Shown here: positions 11,791-23,799 of the stretch, piece by piece
How the letters are laid out: every line of letters begins with the position of its first letter
Position numbering within the stretch: the stretch's first letter is position 1
Assembly: GCA_012026655.1 (NCBI GenBank)
Contig: JAAILG010000062.1
Span: 62,001-126,000, forward strand
Direction: 5' to 3'
Source of the DNA: Hydrolagus affinis
Lineage: Eukaryota
Length of the DNA stretch: 64,000 bases
The notes under the pieces: generated by a model
Told to the model about the DNA's origin: nothing
The model's input: the letters and a program-made list of their open reading frames with translations, nothing else
Database searches by the model: none
Position numbers and translations under genes: made by a program

Positions 11791-13629
11791 CACATGATTA
11801 GCAAGGAAGGAAAGTTAGAGTGAAGCCACCTTCAAATTATAACTTTGGTGTCTTCAATTGTGTTTCGTTACAGGGTTCTGCTTCATAAATGGATCTTCTT
11901 GGGGGGAAATCCTATCCCATTAGCAGCCCTGTTTATTTTCACAATCAGTTCCATTGGAAATAACAATACAATGGCACTACAGTTCTAGAAGCAACGAGCC
12001 GGCTTTCTGTCATGGTCAGGTTACAGCTAAACTACAGTGTCCAATTCCTTTAGTCAGTCTAATGGAATACTCACAACTACCCTAAATGTAGTATAATTTG
12101 TGTGTTTATCAATGAGATCAACTAGGGTAGCAGGTAGTAGTGAAAAATTCCCACCTTGTATCATTACAGCAGTAAGTTCAAACTGCAGGGATTGGTGGTT
12201 CTTCAGCAGACTGCAGGTGTTCCATTATGGATGATCTTGAGGGCTGCTATACATGTGGCACAATTGGATGCAAATTGAACTGGAGAACATGCTATTTAGA
12301 ACATTTATACACAGCCCTATTACCCAAGCTTTGCAATGATGAAAAACATACGAACGACAAAGAAGATAATTGCTTCATGTTTATGAAGTTAACAAATAAG
12401 TACCTTTAAGGACAATCAACTGTTTTTGATGTAGACATGGACCATATAAATTATCGATAGTAAAGCGTGTTTCAAAGCCCGATAATTTCAATATATGCCT
12501 TCAAATATAGACAACAAAGTAGTATGAGATTCACATACTAAAATACAGGCCATCAATAATTCAAGTGCTTTTTGTATGATGAGAATAAAAAGAAGTAAAA
12601 GAATCTGTGGCTGTAAACTTAACCACGGGAAATGTGAATTGCAGTTTTATGTAAGAAAATCTACTGAAAAGGGAACTTTTATACAGTCAGTAGAAATAAA
12701 TTACACATGGTATTAGCCTCATTCCTGTTTTCGTGGACAGAGGTAACATAATTTGGAAACTCCTCTTACAAGTTTTGTTACTACCATCTAGGTACTTTTC
12801 AGTAATAAGCTTCTCTTTTCATCTGGTGAACTGTCATTCAAATCCCTAGGGAGTCCGCCGCACTGTGCAAGTTTGCACCAACACAGTATCTGTTTCAGCT
12901 TCATCTCAGTGGGAAAGCGTATAAATGTAGCAGTGCTTGTATCATTCTAATCTCACCTTTATACTATTACAGACCTTCCAGCTTTGTGTATTTGTATCAT
13001 TGTAATATGAAGCAAAAACAAATACGGTGTAATAATCAATATATGTGTAACCTTTAGTACCAAGGCACTGAAAGCGGTTCCATAACAATTATGCCTAACA
13101 GCATTGGTTGAGCATCATAGGATCTGAAGCACTAAATACTGCACAATCCCTATAGAGGAGTTAAAATGTATAGTTATTCTACCTTACCTCAAAATTCATT
13201 GCTGAACTAAATGCAGTCTCAATCCACCAGAGATGCTGAACACACTAAGTTTGTAGTCGTGCTTTTGCTGACTGCCATATTTTTATATTACATGGGATTG
13301 TTCACTAGATTTCAAAGTATAATTTTTACAGCTTGATGTTAAATGCTTGGTTGTACAGGTACAACAGATGCGTTAGCGTAAGGAAGCCGGTTGGATACGC
13401 AGAGTTATTGTTGCCCTGCAAATAAATGCAATGCTTTCTTTACTAGTTTGACATAAGCACTGGCAGTGGTCGTTTGCTTAAAACCAATCAAGAAGTAAAC
13501 TGCCATCAAGCAGCGTGAGTATGCAAATGAAATGTTAATAAGGTAATTGACCTTTTACATTGAAGACCGTGGTACAGCAACAATGCTTGTGGAATAGATG
13601 CAAAAAAAAGACGAAGAGGAGCAAATAAC

Positions 13630-13990
13630 AAGCTGTCAAGGCAGCAAGGGAAGTGCCTTCAAGACTCAGAGGTGGAACCACTGACGGATGACAGAATCAA
13701 ATAAAGATCTGTGATTTATTAAACAGCAAACTGTGCCCAAAACTAGCAGCCTGCAAGAAACTATGCAAGTAGCCCTTTCACTAAATAATTGCTTTGTTTC
13801 AAGTTAAAAAGAGTGAGCAGGAATCCCACAAAAGTGGCAGTGACGTAAAGTCAAATGCAAAAGAGAGAACTGCTAAAGGGCACAGAATGTAATCAGGGAG
13901 GACCACTCCCAACAGTGAAGAAAGATGCCTTGCTGCTGTGTATTGAAGCCATAGGAAAGATGCAGAAGCCAGCAATAGGGCGACACAGTC
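13630..13990 (+). mobile_element. Decayed Harbinger Myb/SANT-like ORF
   Basis: QDSEVEPLTDD..RSVIY, QVALSLNN, KKSEQE..KW/SDVKSNAKERTAK, NQGGP parallel NAIF1-type FS..EVE..V.E / W..A..VN / KKWSDLK..RK / GGP. Confidence 0.5.
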
Positions 13991-14269
13991 AGCTCAATGA
14001 GGAGGAATCTGGTGATTATTGTCTAAAAGCAACAAATCAATATCAGGATAACACCGGCAACAGTAAAAAGAAAAACAGTATCTCTTCATATTAATGCTTT
14101 GTGACAATTTAAACCTAAATATCAAATATTGTCTGTACCATTGTGAATGCAATTCAGATGCATTCACTGGTGGCTCATAGAAATGAGAACTGGTACCAAT
14201 CGTAGAAATGGCTGAACCACCTGAATCTACGGTCCATATGTACTTGAGTATTCATTGACAAACATCTAC

Positions 14270-14690
14270 TCTGTGCCAGTTACAGTGCCTTAAGAAAACA
14301 AATGTATATGATGATGTTCTTTGCATCACATGCTATCTCCCTGTTCATTAGCATGCCAATTGGTTGAATGAAATGGTTCAGGGACTGTGCACATAGCAGG
14401 ACCCTGCAAACTGTATCAAACAACATTACAAAACTGCTGCTCTCTCGCTTGCTGTGCTGGGATTTATGGAAGCTGATGTGTTTGTATGCATTCCTTATCC
14501 TTACCAGCTGAGATATACTGGCTACACACACAAGTTGTTGGATCAAGCCTTGACAGCAAGGTTTGTGGAATTCCAGACTAAATTGTGAACCCAAGGTCAC
14601 CTTTAGGCTCATTCTGGCCCAAATTTGTCCCAATGAAAGTGTACATGTGTTTGCCATTAGATGTTGGCTGCCCGCTACAATTGCCACTGG
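14270..14690 (-). mobile_element. Decayed Harbinger transposase (N-terminal/central part)
   Basis: ORF 14280-14687: SLEF..G..Q..ASISQ, AYKHISF, RVLLCAQ (G.IDCTH with catalytic D lost), MNREIACDAKNII (LNVQ.VCD...I). Confidence 0.45.
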
Positions 14691-14699
14691 TGGTTACTT

Positions 14700-14812
14700 G
14701 ACAAGCATTTGCTTCCTGGAAAGAATGATTCATTCTGGGTCAATTCAGACATCTTAAAAAGGGAGCTAGATCAGTATATTTTTGAGGAAGAGGATTGAAA
14801 GGTATGGGGATA
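14700..14812 (+). mobile_element. CR1 ORF2 end remnant
   Basis: aaaagggagctagatcagtatattt..gattgaaaggtatgggga, a KRELD.Y..KGYG-like terminus. Confidence 0.45.
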
Positions 14813-15840
14813 CTAATAGGTCTGCTTCATTACTATGGAGACCAGGAATGAAATGTAAGAACCTTGAAGTGAGGAGATCAGTAGAGGGGAAAGAGTTAAT
14901 TGTGGGGTTTAAGTGTGTGGGGTGTGGAAGAGAAAGCTCAATCCAGGCTTTCTGATGTTTAAAATGAAAGTTCTAAAAATTCTGTCGACATCACTTACCA
15001 TCTAAATACTGTATGTCAACATTGCAAATATGATTTAATTAGTGCACACATTCCCTTATCATCAGCTGCAACCCTTTGAAGCCCTCCAATTTGAACCAGA
15101 AAACAAAAACATAAACAGGTTTATGAATGGAATGTTTTTTCCTGTGAAAAGTTTGAAACTTCCTTTGTGGTAAATTGGTATTGATGATTCTTTGTGGCAG
15201 TTTCCTGAATGCCAGAGAAATGGTTGTAGGATTGATTAAGCTAAAAGTCCCCTCGCCAATACTTCCTCTTCAAATCCTTATCTGTCATATACAGCTGTTC
15301 TCTTTCCCTATAATCTTGTATTTCCCTCAAAAGTCTCAACTGTATAGGTTGCATTTAAAGGCAGAATAAAACCACTACACCCATGTTCAGGAAATTTCTG
15401 ATACACCCTTTGAAACAATGCTGTTCTTCTAACCACCAGCTCCAGCACGAGCTGTTTGCTTGGATCAGAAAGGAAATGAATCAGCGCCCAGTCTATCTCT
15501 GATGTTCCTATTCTGCAGGTGTCCAGACATTGCCTGTAAGTGACAAAGTGGGTTCTTATCGAGCAGGAACATGTAGCCTACCACGTTTTTGTTGTAACAT
15601 GTTTTGGGCATTACTAAAAATAAGTCTCCTGAAAGGTACATTATAAAGTTAAAATTAAACTGGAGCGTATAAACCTTTTGTCCACAAACTTTAACAAATT
15701 GAAAGATGCTTCCTGTTAATGGTGCTTGGTTTGCAATGGGGTATGCATCTCTCTCATTCAATTTGCAATGGCGCGGTGAGGTTGCGTTACATGAAATCAA
15801 GCTTGGATAATAAAGTGAGTGATTACAAAGGGTAAGAAGA

Positions 15841-15900
15841 CAACATGACAACAACAACAACAACTTGCATTTATATAGCATCCTTCACACCGGATGGCTG
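15841..15900 (-). mobile_element. L2 3' tail
   Basis: (aac)n ttgcatttatatagcatccttcac. Confidence 0.75.
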
Positions 15901-16054
15901 TATAAATACAAAGACAAATTGTAAATAGCAGCAAGAGGGATCTAAAATATATATTTTTGCTATAAATGGAAGGGAATAGGAAACCATTATAAGGTGACGG
16001 GAAGACATTACAGAGAAATCAGAGACTGGCAGAAGTGTTCAATGAAATTTAATT

Positions 16055-16275
16055 GGATTTAAAATTAGTTTGCTTGAAATGCTGATGACTGTGATCAAGT
16101 ACAGATTCCATCTTTTTGGAGGAAATAAAATCTCAAACTTGTGTAGAAAGAATTCGACGTGTAGAGCTGTGCACTTCAAACAAAGTCTTGACCATCAAGT
16201 TAAGGTAACAACCAAGGCACAAGAGACGAGCACAAGGGAGAGAAGGGATTAGTCCACCTTGGGTTACGGCTTCTG
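16055..16275 (+). mobile_element. Decayed Harbinger Myb/SANT-like ORF (internally deleted)
   Basis: FKISLLEMLMTVIKYRFHLFGGNKISNLCRK..KVTTKAQETSTRERRD*STLG fits F...LE.LV..V..R..LFG / K...RRE..TGG. Confidence 0.45.
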
Positions 16276-16914
16276 ATAATTAAACAAAATCAGTATAGGC
16301 AAAGCCGACAAAGAAATCTTAAGCTCTCTGACACAGAATAATGTATGGCTTTAGGAGGGAGCAGGAGAGGCAGCATGGCACCTGATGAAACGAAAACTAA
16401 CAGTGGGAATAATGAAAATTGTCCTGGTTTTTGAGTTGTTTTTTTCCTGAAAACGAATCTATTCATGGAGTGTGATCTGTCATTTCCCTGATTAAGTAGA
16501 GAAATGTGCCTGGCTGCCAGAGAGGCTCCGGGCTACTGGATAGATGTGTTGGCAACAGATATCTACAGTAATTGTCAAGGTGCCCACACCTGTCCAAACA
16601 AATTGGTAAAGACAGCTATTCACTAAAACAAAGCCTCACGGAGACCAGAACTCGACTCTGTAAAGATTCTCCAGTTTGATAAAACCATAAATTAACAACA
16701 GGTGGAGGCAGGATTTACAGTGTTTTAATAATCTTTGATGTAATCATTTTGCATGTTTATATGGTTTGGGCAACGATTTCTCTGTTGATGCAAGTCATAT
16801 GTTTTTTCTTAACCTGAGGTATGGAATTAAAATGTTCACGTTCGTGGTGAAGATAGAAAAATACACCAATCCGTTCAGATCCACATCCTGCTCCCAGCTC
16901 CTTCCTTTCAAACA

Positions 16915-17010
16915 GCCACAGTCACTACATTTCATAGTAAATCATGTGAAGTGCTTTGGGATGTCCTCTGTACATGACAAGTGTTGTGTTAAAAGTAAGG
17001 ATTATTATAA
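16915..17010 (+). mobile_element. SINE 3' fragment
   Basis: cagtcactacattt..gtgaagtgctttgggatgtc..aaggattattat. Confidence 0.7.
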
Positions 17011-17469
17011 GGTAATAAAACTGCCCTCAACATTTAGTATTTTATTCTTCTCAAAATTATTGTTTCCTTGATGCGGCCTGATCCTAGCCAGACACTTTCA
17101 TAGCAATTATTTCCTGTTGCTTTTCTAGTTGGACTGCTGTGCCTGACATCCTTTTTCCCCTTTAAGACAAGTGTTACTCAACATCCTAAGCATTGGTGAA
17201 GTGAAAACAAAATGTGAAAAGGCTTAATATTCAAAAGCCAAATAACTGAGGTCAGGGCAGTGATTATTTATGATGAGCACTGAGCCTACATAGAGCTCAA
17301 ACCCACATTGTCTATTTCTTTTCTTCCTTTTCTTTCTTGGCAAGGCTGAATGAATGACGAACATCCTGGAGTGTCATAATAAACCCCTTTATTGTTCTGC
17401 AAGAGATGATTTGTTGTGCCCAATGTTGCGCTGGCTGAAAATTCTCCGATTTCCTATTTTTTTCTGGGG

Positions 17470-17700
17470 TATTAGGAACAGGAGTAGGCAATTGGGCCCA
17501 CTGTGTTTTTCTTGGGCATTTTATAAATTCATAGCGGGTATTTTTTTTTAATCACATTTCCTCGCTGTTTCTTTAAACTATATGTCCCTTAACACTCTTA
17601 CATTCCAAAGTCTCTATTTCCTTTGATTCCCCAGCTCATTCCACATTCTCACAAGCTTTTTGTGTGAAGGCATCTTTTCTGGATAAACTGCTAACCAGCT
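17470..17700 (-). mobile_element. CR1 3' remnant
   Basis: aggaacaggagtaggc start and attccacattctcac..ttgtgtgaag segment resemble the CR1 at 2045-2300. Confidence 0.55.
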
Positions 17701-17704
17701 TACT

Positions 17705-17766
17705 TCATCGGAGCATCCTCCTAATATGAAAGGCACTATACAAATGCAATTTTGTTGTCGTTGTTA
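17705..17766 (+). mobile_element. L2 3' tail
   Basis: catcctcctaatatgaaaggcactatacaaatgcaattttgttgtcgttgtt. Confidence 0.7.
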
Positions 17767-18529
17767 CTTCTAATTTTAAGAGTGTCCTGCTGCAATTGTG
17801 AATTTAAATAGAACTTGTATAGAGTGAGCACTGCTAGCCCTATCTAATCTCTTTATATACAGTTACACTAAATGTATCTAAAACACACAGGAGCCCATTT
17901 TATTCATCTCTGAAGTAATCTCTCTCTCGCTTCTGCTCACCTAATTGTACAGAAAGAGTTTAAACTCTTTGAGGCCCCTCAGCAAGATGGAGTTAATATT
18001 CTACGTGATCCGCAGAGAGAATTTACAAATCGCCGCTACTATAAAGCATGAGTGTAATTTGGATTTGCTCAGTTTGCCCATATTCAAAAGAAACAAACTT
18101 TTACAAGCCATATATGCAAAATACATAAAATGCTGGTTTTGATTCCCAATGATCAGATTTTAGCTGCTCAGATTAAGATATTCTCCCTGAAGAGCTGTAA
18201 AGGCATATTTATTATATTGCCATTTTGCTAACATGTGAGTTGAAAGCATAGATTTCTGAACTATATATTAATGCTAGAAGCATATAGAAATACATCTGCA
18301 GAATTGAAAATCTGTGTTTGAAGGAAAAATGCAATGTAACTGGAATAACAGAAGCCTGTTTAACCCCAGATGTTGCTGGGAGACTGTAATATTGAAGCCC
18401 GCTGAAGAGACACTGAAAGCAAAGCAGGTGGACGGATGGAAATGTGGATGACAGAGAACACAGCATTCATGGAAACAGATTATATATGTGTCTCAGCTGT
18501 TTTAGCAGGAATCCAAGAATAGTAAAGCA

Positions 18530-19690
18530 AAGAAGGTTGCTGTTATAGACTCCTGTGTATGGAGAGGAGGCTAGATGGGAAGTGTTTTTACAGATAAGAG
18601 AAATCTGTGTGAAAAAAAGCGAGAACATTAATCATGGGGAATTTCAATTACCTAGGTATTGACTGGGAACACAGCAGAAGAAAAAAAACTAATGAGGCAT
18701 GCAGATTTCTGGAGGGAGAACAGGATTGCTTCCTTACAGTTTTTCAAACAGCCAATGTGGTCTGAGAGTAATCTGGATCAAATCTTTAGTGGTGTCCCAA
18801 ATATGGGAGAGGAACATCTAGTATCCAGTGATCATTAGAGCCTGTGTCTGTGGGAATGAGATCCATTCAAAATATATATTTTTTAAAAAGCAGATGTTAA
18901 GATACAGTGAAATGAATTAAGAACTGTTCCTTAAAAACATCAGTATGTTTGTGAAATCTTCAGGAACAAAGCAGGAAATCTTTAAGATGAGACCAACATC
19001 TAAATTAATTGCACCTGTATCAAAATGGATTAAGGGCAATGGGAATTAATGTAGAGTAGAATAGATTTAAATATATATATATACATACATATAGATATAT
19101 AATGCAAGGATCAAGTAGTTAGTTGGATTGGTAAGATGAGCAAGAGTAATTTTTTTAAAGTAAAAGCAAAGCCAAGAGAACAGCCGAGTAAGCATAAAAG
19201 TATTGCTAATATCCAAAGAAACAAAAATGTATTTTTGTTAAAATACATTCAGGGTGAACAAAGGATGAGAGAATGATTCGGCCCAATGAGAAACCACATT
19301 GGACAACTGGAATTCAAGGCCATAGTTATCGGTTTGTTTTATCAAAAAAAATTGTTGTCAGAAATTCAATCTCAAGGAATGACAGAGGAGGAGCTCATCA
19401 GTATCCATACATTGCTCCAAATGGTTATTGAAACTCTAGCCATTGTTAAAACACACCACTGTACCTGGTTTGGACTGCTGCACCCACATGTGTCACTGGA
19501 ATTTTAGTGGCTTGTAGTTGATATTTTTGTTTGATACATTTAGAAGAGTTGCTGAGCATTGCAAAAATAGCTGATGTGGTGCTTCAATATTACATAATGG
19601 AGAATCAAAAGATATACCTAAAATCTACAGACAAGTAGGTTTAGCAACAGCTGTGGGGACAAAAACTTTAAAGCAATTCTGAGATGTGTG
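18530..19690 (+). mobile_element. Degenerate CR1 ORF2 (APE endonuclease to RT start)
   Basis: LIMGNFNYLGIDW (GDFN.P.IDW), QDCFL, LD, GEEHLVSSDH, then YRQVGLATAVG (YRPVSLTSVVG); many stops and frameshifts. Confidence 0.75.
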
Positions 19691-19921
19691 GGTCATATTA
19701 TATACACCTGCTGTTAATTCTAACAAGATTTCCGTGGTGGGAAATTCAGAGTTAAAAATGATCTTAATTTACAGAGCCCTATTAAATTTAATGGTGAGTT
19801 CATAACAGCAATTAATTTCTATTTTTATAAGATTCATTCATTGTATTTCTGGTTACAATTCCGCGGTTCCTAAACAAACTACAGGTTTATTAATATCACA
19901 CCAGGCCTGGCCATGCATTAC

Positions 19922-20080
19922 AGCAACAACAAAAAACTTGCTTTCACAACCACAACAACAATAACAACACAAAAATTACATTTATAGAATGTCTTTCAGG
20001 TCGGGAGGATGTCACAAGGCACTGCATCTTTCATGTGTAAAGCACCTTTCATGGTGTAGCGTCCTGGAGGGTTTGACAGT
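19922..20080 (-). mobile_element. Two nested L2 3' tails
   Basis: aacaacaaaaaacttgctttca [aac-rich tail..tttcaggtcgggaggatgtcacaaggcactg] ctttcatgtgtaaagcacctttcatgg. Confidence 0.65.
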
Positions 20081-20349
20081 GTGGAGTCTGATGCTTAGAT
20101 TCAAGAGACAGGAAGTAAGGTGTAAATATTCCATAAAGGGAGCAGAACTGAAGACAAATGTAGCAATCGTTTCAATATGTGATATTTTCAATGGCACATT
20201 GCAGAGTAAGGTTAAGTGATGCATCTCTCAACTCATCACTTAAGCTTTTCATTTAATGTTCGGTGTTTGGTGGGTGTAGTAAGGACAAGCATGGGTTTGG
20301 GAGAAGCATCAATTTGATATACAATTTGTTTTATATTGACCCTAGTACT

Positions 20350-20420
20350 TTGAAGCGCTCTGAGACGCCGTCTGGCGTGGAGGGCACTATATAAATAGTT
20401 GTTGTTGTTGTTGTTGTTGT
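20350..20420 (+). mobile_element. L2 3' tail, second subfamily, with (GTT)n
   Basis: tgaagcgctctgagacgccgtctggcgtggagggcactatataaat(gtt)n; same tail ends the L2 at 58285-58846. Confidence 0.85.
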
Positions 20421-21168
20421 GCTAGGGAAAAGGGGGATTCTTGTTGGTTCTCTTGAAGTGAAGCAGTGCTAATCTTCATATGTTTTGGTCTAATTTATTT
20501 CTGTATGATACAAAACAGGTCATTAAGTCTCAGATTGTGGATTACTTACACCGGGCTCAGTTCTGTTAAATTGGTTTGCATTATTGTACATTATTTGCCA
20601 ATCTGTTTTGCATCTGTGTGCATCATGCACTTTTCTTTTGTTCATATTGGCACAAAATGTATTCAGGCAAGTGTATGTTTCAAATGAATACCAATTAGAT
20701 CAAAATTTACTACATAGCAGCTGTAACAGAGGATGGCTTTGGGCATTGGGTGAGGATACTGTTCTTTCACTTCTGGGAATTGGGTGTGAATGCAGCTCAG
20801 ATCAATGGGATAAAACACACATGGCGGTGTGAGAACTAGAAGGATTCGATATGAGATATGTTTGGAAAAGTCTTAACCCTGTTCTAACAAGCACAAGTCC
20901 ACAGCATAATTACAGTAGCATCAAATGATTGGTCTCAGCCAAAGAGATGGCTGAAGTAGAAAAAAGAATATTTTAAGCTGAGACATTTGGGGAAAGCACT
21001 TCCTCAGTTCAAGTTTATGGTCTAGTTAGTGACATTTTATTGCAATTTTGATGGTCACATTAATTTCATGAGCTTTAGTACATTATGTTCCACGTTTTGT
21101 GACAGATGCAGTCAAGTAGGTGATTGAGACAAGAAGGGGTGTACAGTAGCACTTGAGCTAAATGCACA

Positions 21169-21462
21169 TAATAATAATCCTTGCATTTGATATAGCGCTT
21201 TTCACATTTTCTAGATGTTTCAAAGCTCTTCACAGAATATACTTTAAAGTGAATTGACTGTATATTTGTGGGCGAACTGCACAGCAATGTCCCACAAACA
21301 GTCGTGGATTGAAATGACCAATTTATTATTATTTATTTTTTGAGGGATTATTATCAGGCGTGTGAAGTCAGGAAACTTGTTCAAGGTTTCGCCCTGTCTG
21401 GAATCGAACCCAGGTTGCTCGCTTGCAAGGCAAGTGCTCTAACCACTGAGCTACAGGACTCC
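21169..21462 (-). mobile_element. Full-length tRNA-Ala(TGC)-derived SINE
   Basis: Head agtcctg-ta-gctcagtggttagagc-a-cttgc-cttgcaa-gcgag..ggttcgattcc folds as a near-cloverleaf with TGC anticodon; partial Deu core and aaatgcaaggattattat tail follow. Confidence 0.95.
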
Positions 21463-21519
21463 ACGGATGGATAGATACATGGATAGAAAGGTGATCTCAT
21501 GAACAGGATGCACAAGATA

Positions 21520-22040
21520 TGCAAACTGTTTTCAAACAGAAGCATAGCCTATGACCCTTGTTCACTCCAGGATTAAAGGAGAATAATGAGATAGACCCGA
21601 GAGATTGGGGTCTTGCTAAACCTAAACATGGATGTCTTAATCTGGACACAGAATTTGCTCTGTTACTCAGGTGTCATGTCCTTCACCTTGATAAGCAACT
21701 AAACTGTAAATTTCAAGAAGTAATGGGATGACTTCAAAATCTAACCCAGAAGGAAAATGACTGAATAAAGGTGCATTTTCAGCAGTTGTGCCAAGAACCT
21801 CATATGAAGAAAGAAGCTTGAATTCTTTGTTGCAGAGGTCACAAGGAACAAAGGCAATCTACGTGGGAAGGCAATTAAAGTGTCAGGATCAAAGTTTCAT
21901 GGAATATCTGAGAGATTGTTGTCAAACTGAGTAGTTAATTTAAAAAAGGGCAGCTATCATAACTAGTTAAACATGAACCCTGACGTGCAGAGCCAGGCAA
22001 AACAACTGCAGAATAAACTTAAGTGGAGAGTTAAGCATAC
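21520..22040 (+). mobile_element. Decayed Harbinger Myb/SANT-like ORF, possibly two tandem domains
   Basis: FSNR..TLV, IWTQ, FKK*WDDFKI*PRRKMTE (cf. KKKWSDLK..RRK); then KLEFFVAEVTRNKGNLRG, I*EIVVKLSS, DVQSQAK. Confidence 0.55.
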
Positions 22041-22194
22041 GTTGATGAGAAATGATAGGTAATAGGCACAAACTAGTTTGGGGCCAGCTATAAGGCAGAT
22101 TCTGATGCTTTAGCTGTTGAGTTACATTAACAATAATAGTAATATAATAGTTACAGCACAGCCCCAGTTCACTACCCTCCTCCACTTTGCCATA

Positions 22195-22240
22195 AAAACA
22201 ACGAGAAGTTGCATTTATATAATGCCTGTTGCCTACTGTA
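22195..22240 (-). mobile_element. Short L2-tail remnant
   Basis: aaacaacgagaagttgcatttatataatgcct. Confidence 0.4.
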
Positions 22241-22569
22241 CCTTCACCCAGAAAGTACAAGAGAGAGTAGGACATGGAAAGTACTACAATCACAATAACA
22301 TCACAGCACCATCCCCACCCCCCACAATTCCCAGAATAAAAATACACAAGACAAAATTATCCAAATAATTACAGCACATGTTGAAAATATTTGTATTCAC
22401 CAGAGCTCGCAGTCAGCACAATTCATTATATTGTAGTTGAACGTCCTTTAACTGATGTTTTACACACAAGCATCTTGTGGTGGAGCTCAATCCCTCTCAT
22501 ATAAAGTGTTTGTAAATTGCATTGCAAACATCCCCAGTGGCTGCACGATCCTGTTTCTATGCATCGTTT

Positions 22570-23510
22570 TGGTTGTCCACCTCTGCCATCCATCTTGTCA
22601 TTATTGTCATTAGACAAATTGACAGTAATGCCATGAAACGCTGGCATATTTTACAAGAGACACGAGTATTCACAGACCTCCCTAGCATTTTATTGTAATT
22701 TGCCTCCTGTGAAATCTAAACATCTGAATTGCATTTTCAGAATGCCAAATGAGCCAAATGTGCACTGTGTGACTATCTCTGTGATCATATGAGTACTATT
22801 ATAACTCTCTTGTGGAAGTTTTGAGATTTGGCACTGAAGCCATGAGCCATAGTTTCAGGTCATTGACTCTGTCACCTGCCAGAGAGAGGATAGCATTATA
22901 CTGTAGTGTGCATAGACGGAATACGGACACTGACATCTGTAGGTTGATGTCTTACCTCGCAGCCACGTACCATTCATTTTTCTTCCTTCAACATCTTTCC
23001 AGGGCTTGAAATAGTCAGGGAGAAGATGTTTGGATACTGCTGGGGAAATGTACACACATCTGTGATTTTTTGGCAGCTCAGACACAATCATAAAATAGGA
23101 GCTTTATTTAATGAATGTAGGTTTGTGAATTATTGGCAGTTGTGCAGTTAAACTCATAGGTACAGCCCATTTAATCTGTTAGTCAGGTTAGAAATGTCAA
23201 AATGCCTGTTTGACTTCATGAGAACATTGAGAACAGCATAGATGGTGTCTGAGCAATGCAGCAATGACTGCTTGGACACCATTGACTGATTGATACATGT
23301 GCTTGCAATGATGGCTGCAGTCTGAAAGGTGCCAGTTACATTGAGAGTGAGTGCAATAGCCTGCTTCACTGGTACTTGTAGTGATCAATAAAGTTACCCT
23401 GATGGTCTAAATTCTGTTGCAACTGATCATCAATTGCTATTACTACTGAGTTGCTGAAAAAGAGTTTAGTTATCCAGTTATGTGCTCAGTTAAAGTCAAG
23501 TAGTCTGCTT
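22570..23510 (-). mobile_element. Near-complete decayed PIF/Harbinger DDE transposase (HARBI1-like)
   Basis: Ordered motifs: DYLTLTE, VVIAIDDQLQQNL, LQVPVKQAIALTLNVTGTFQTAA..INQSMVSK, FNCTTA, FINK, KITDVCT/FPSSIQ, LAGDRVNDLKLWLMASVPNLKT (22817-22882), QESYNSTH..FGILKMQFRCLDFTGGKLQ*, CLL*NM. Confidence 0.9.
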
Positions 23511-23539
23511 TAAATTTTTTATTTAAATTTTGTTTTATT

Positions 23540-23738
23540 TGCCTCACCCCTCTCCTGCCTGCTTCAAGACCTTCTTCTTCAACCATGCCTTTGATCACCC
23601 TCCTATCCCTGCACTCCCCACCCTCTACCCCTCCTGATCCCAATCACCAGCTCAGATGCTGATCCCTGACTGTCCAGCACCTTAGGACATCCTCTTGATG
23701 TTAAAGACACTGAACAAATGTAATTTGTTGTTGTAGTT
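23540..23738 (+). mobile_element. L2 3' fragment
   Basis: FKTFFFNHAF ORF2 end; tail ccagcaccttaggacatcctcttgatgttaaagacac..tttgttgttg. Confidence 0.8.
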
Positions 23739-23799
23739 GACTATCAGCATTCGAAAAGTCTAGAAAATCATATTCCTTTTGAAGTTTTTTTTTCTGATA

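Noticed and set aside
21390-21462. tRNA-Ala(TGC) gene
   Set aside because: Defective T stem; runs straight into a SINE body also present at 5215, so it is a SINE head.
22956-23039. 84-nt minus-strand exon with good splice sites and an open frame
   Set aside because: Lies inside the Harbinger transposase relic and matches no protein I recognise; most likely a pseudo-exon, though exonisation is not excluded.
23672-23692. REST/RE1-like ccagcacc-tta-ggaca
   Set aside because: Non-canonical spacer and part of the generic L2 tail.
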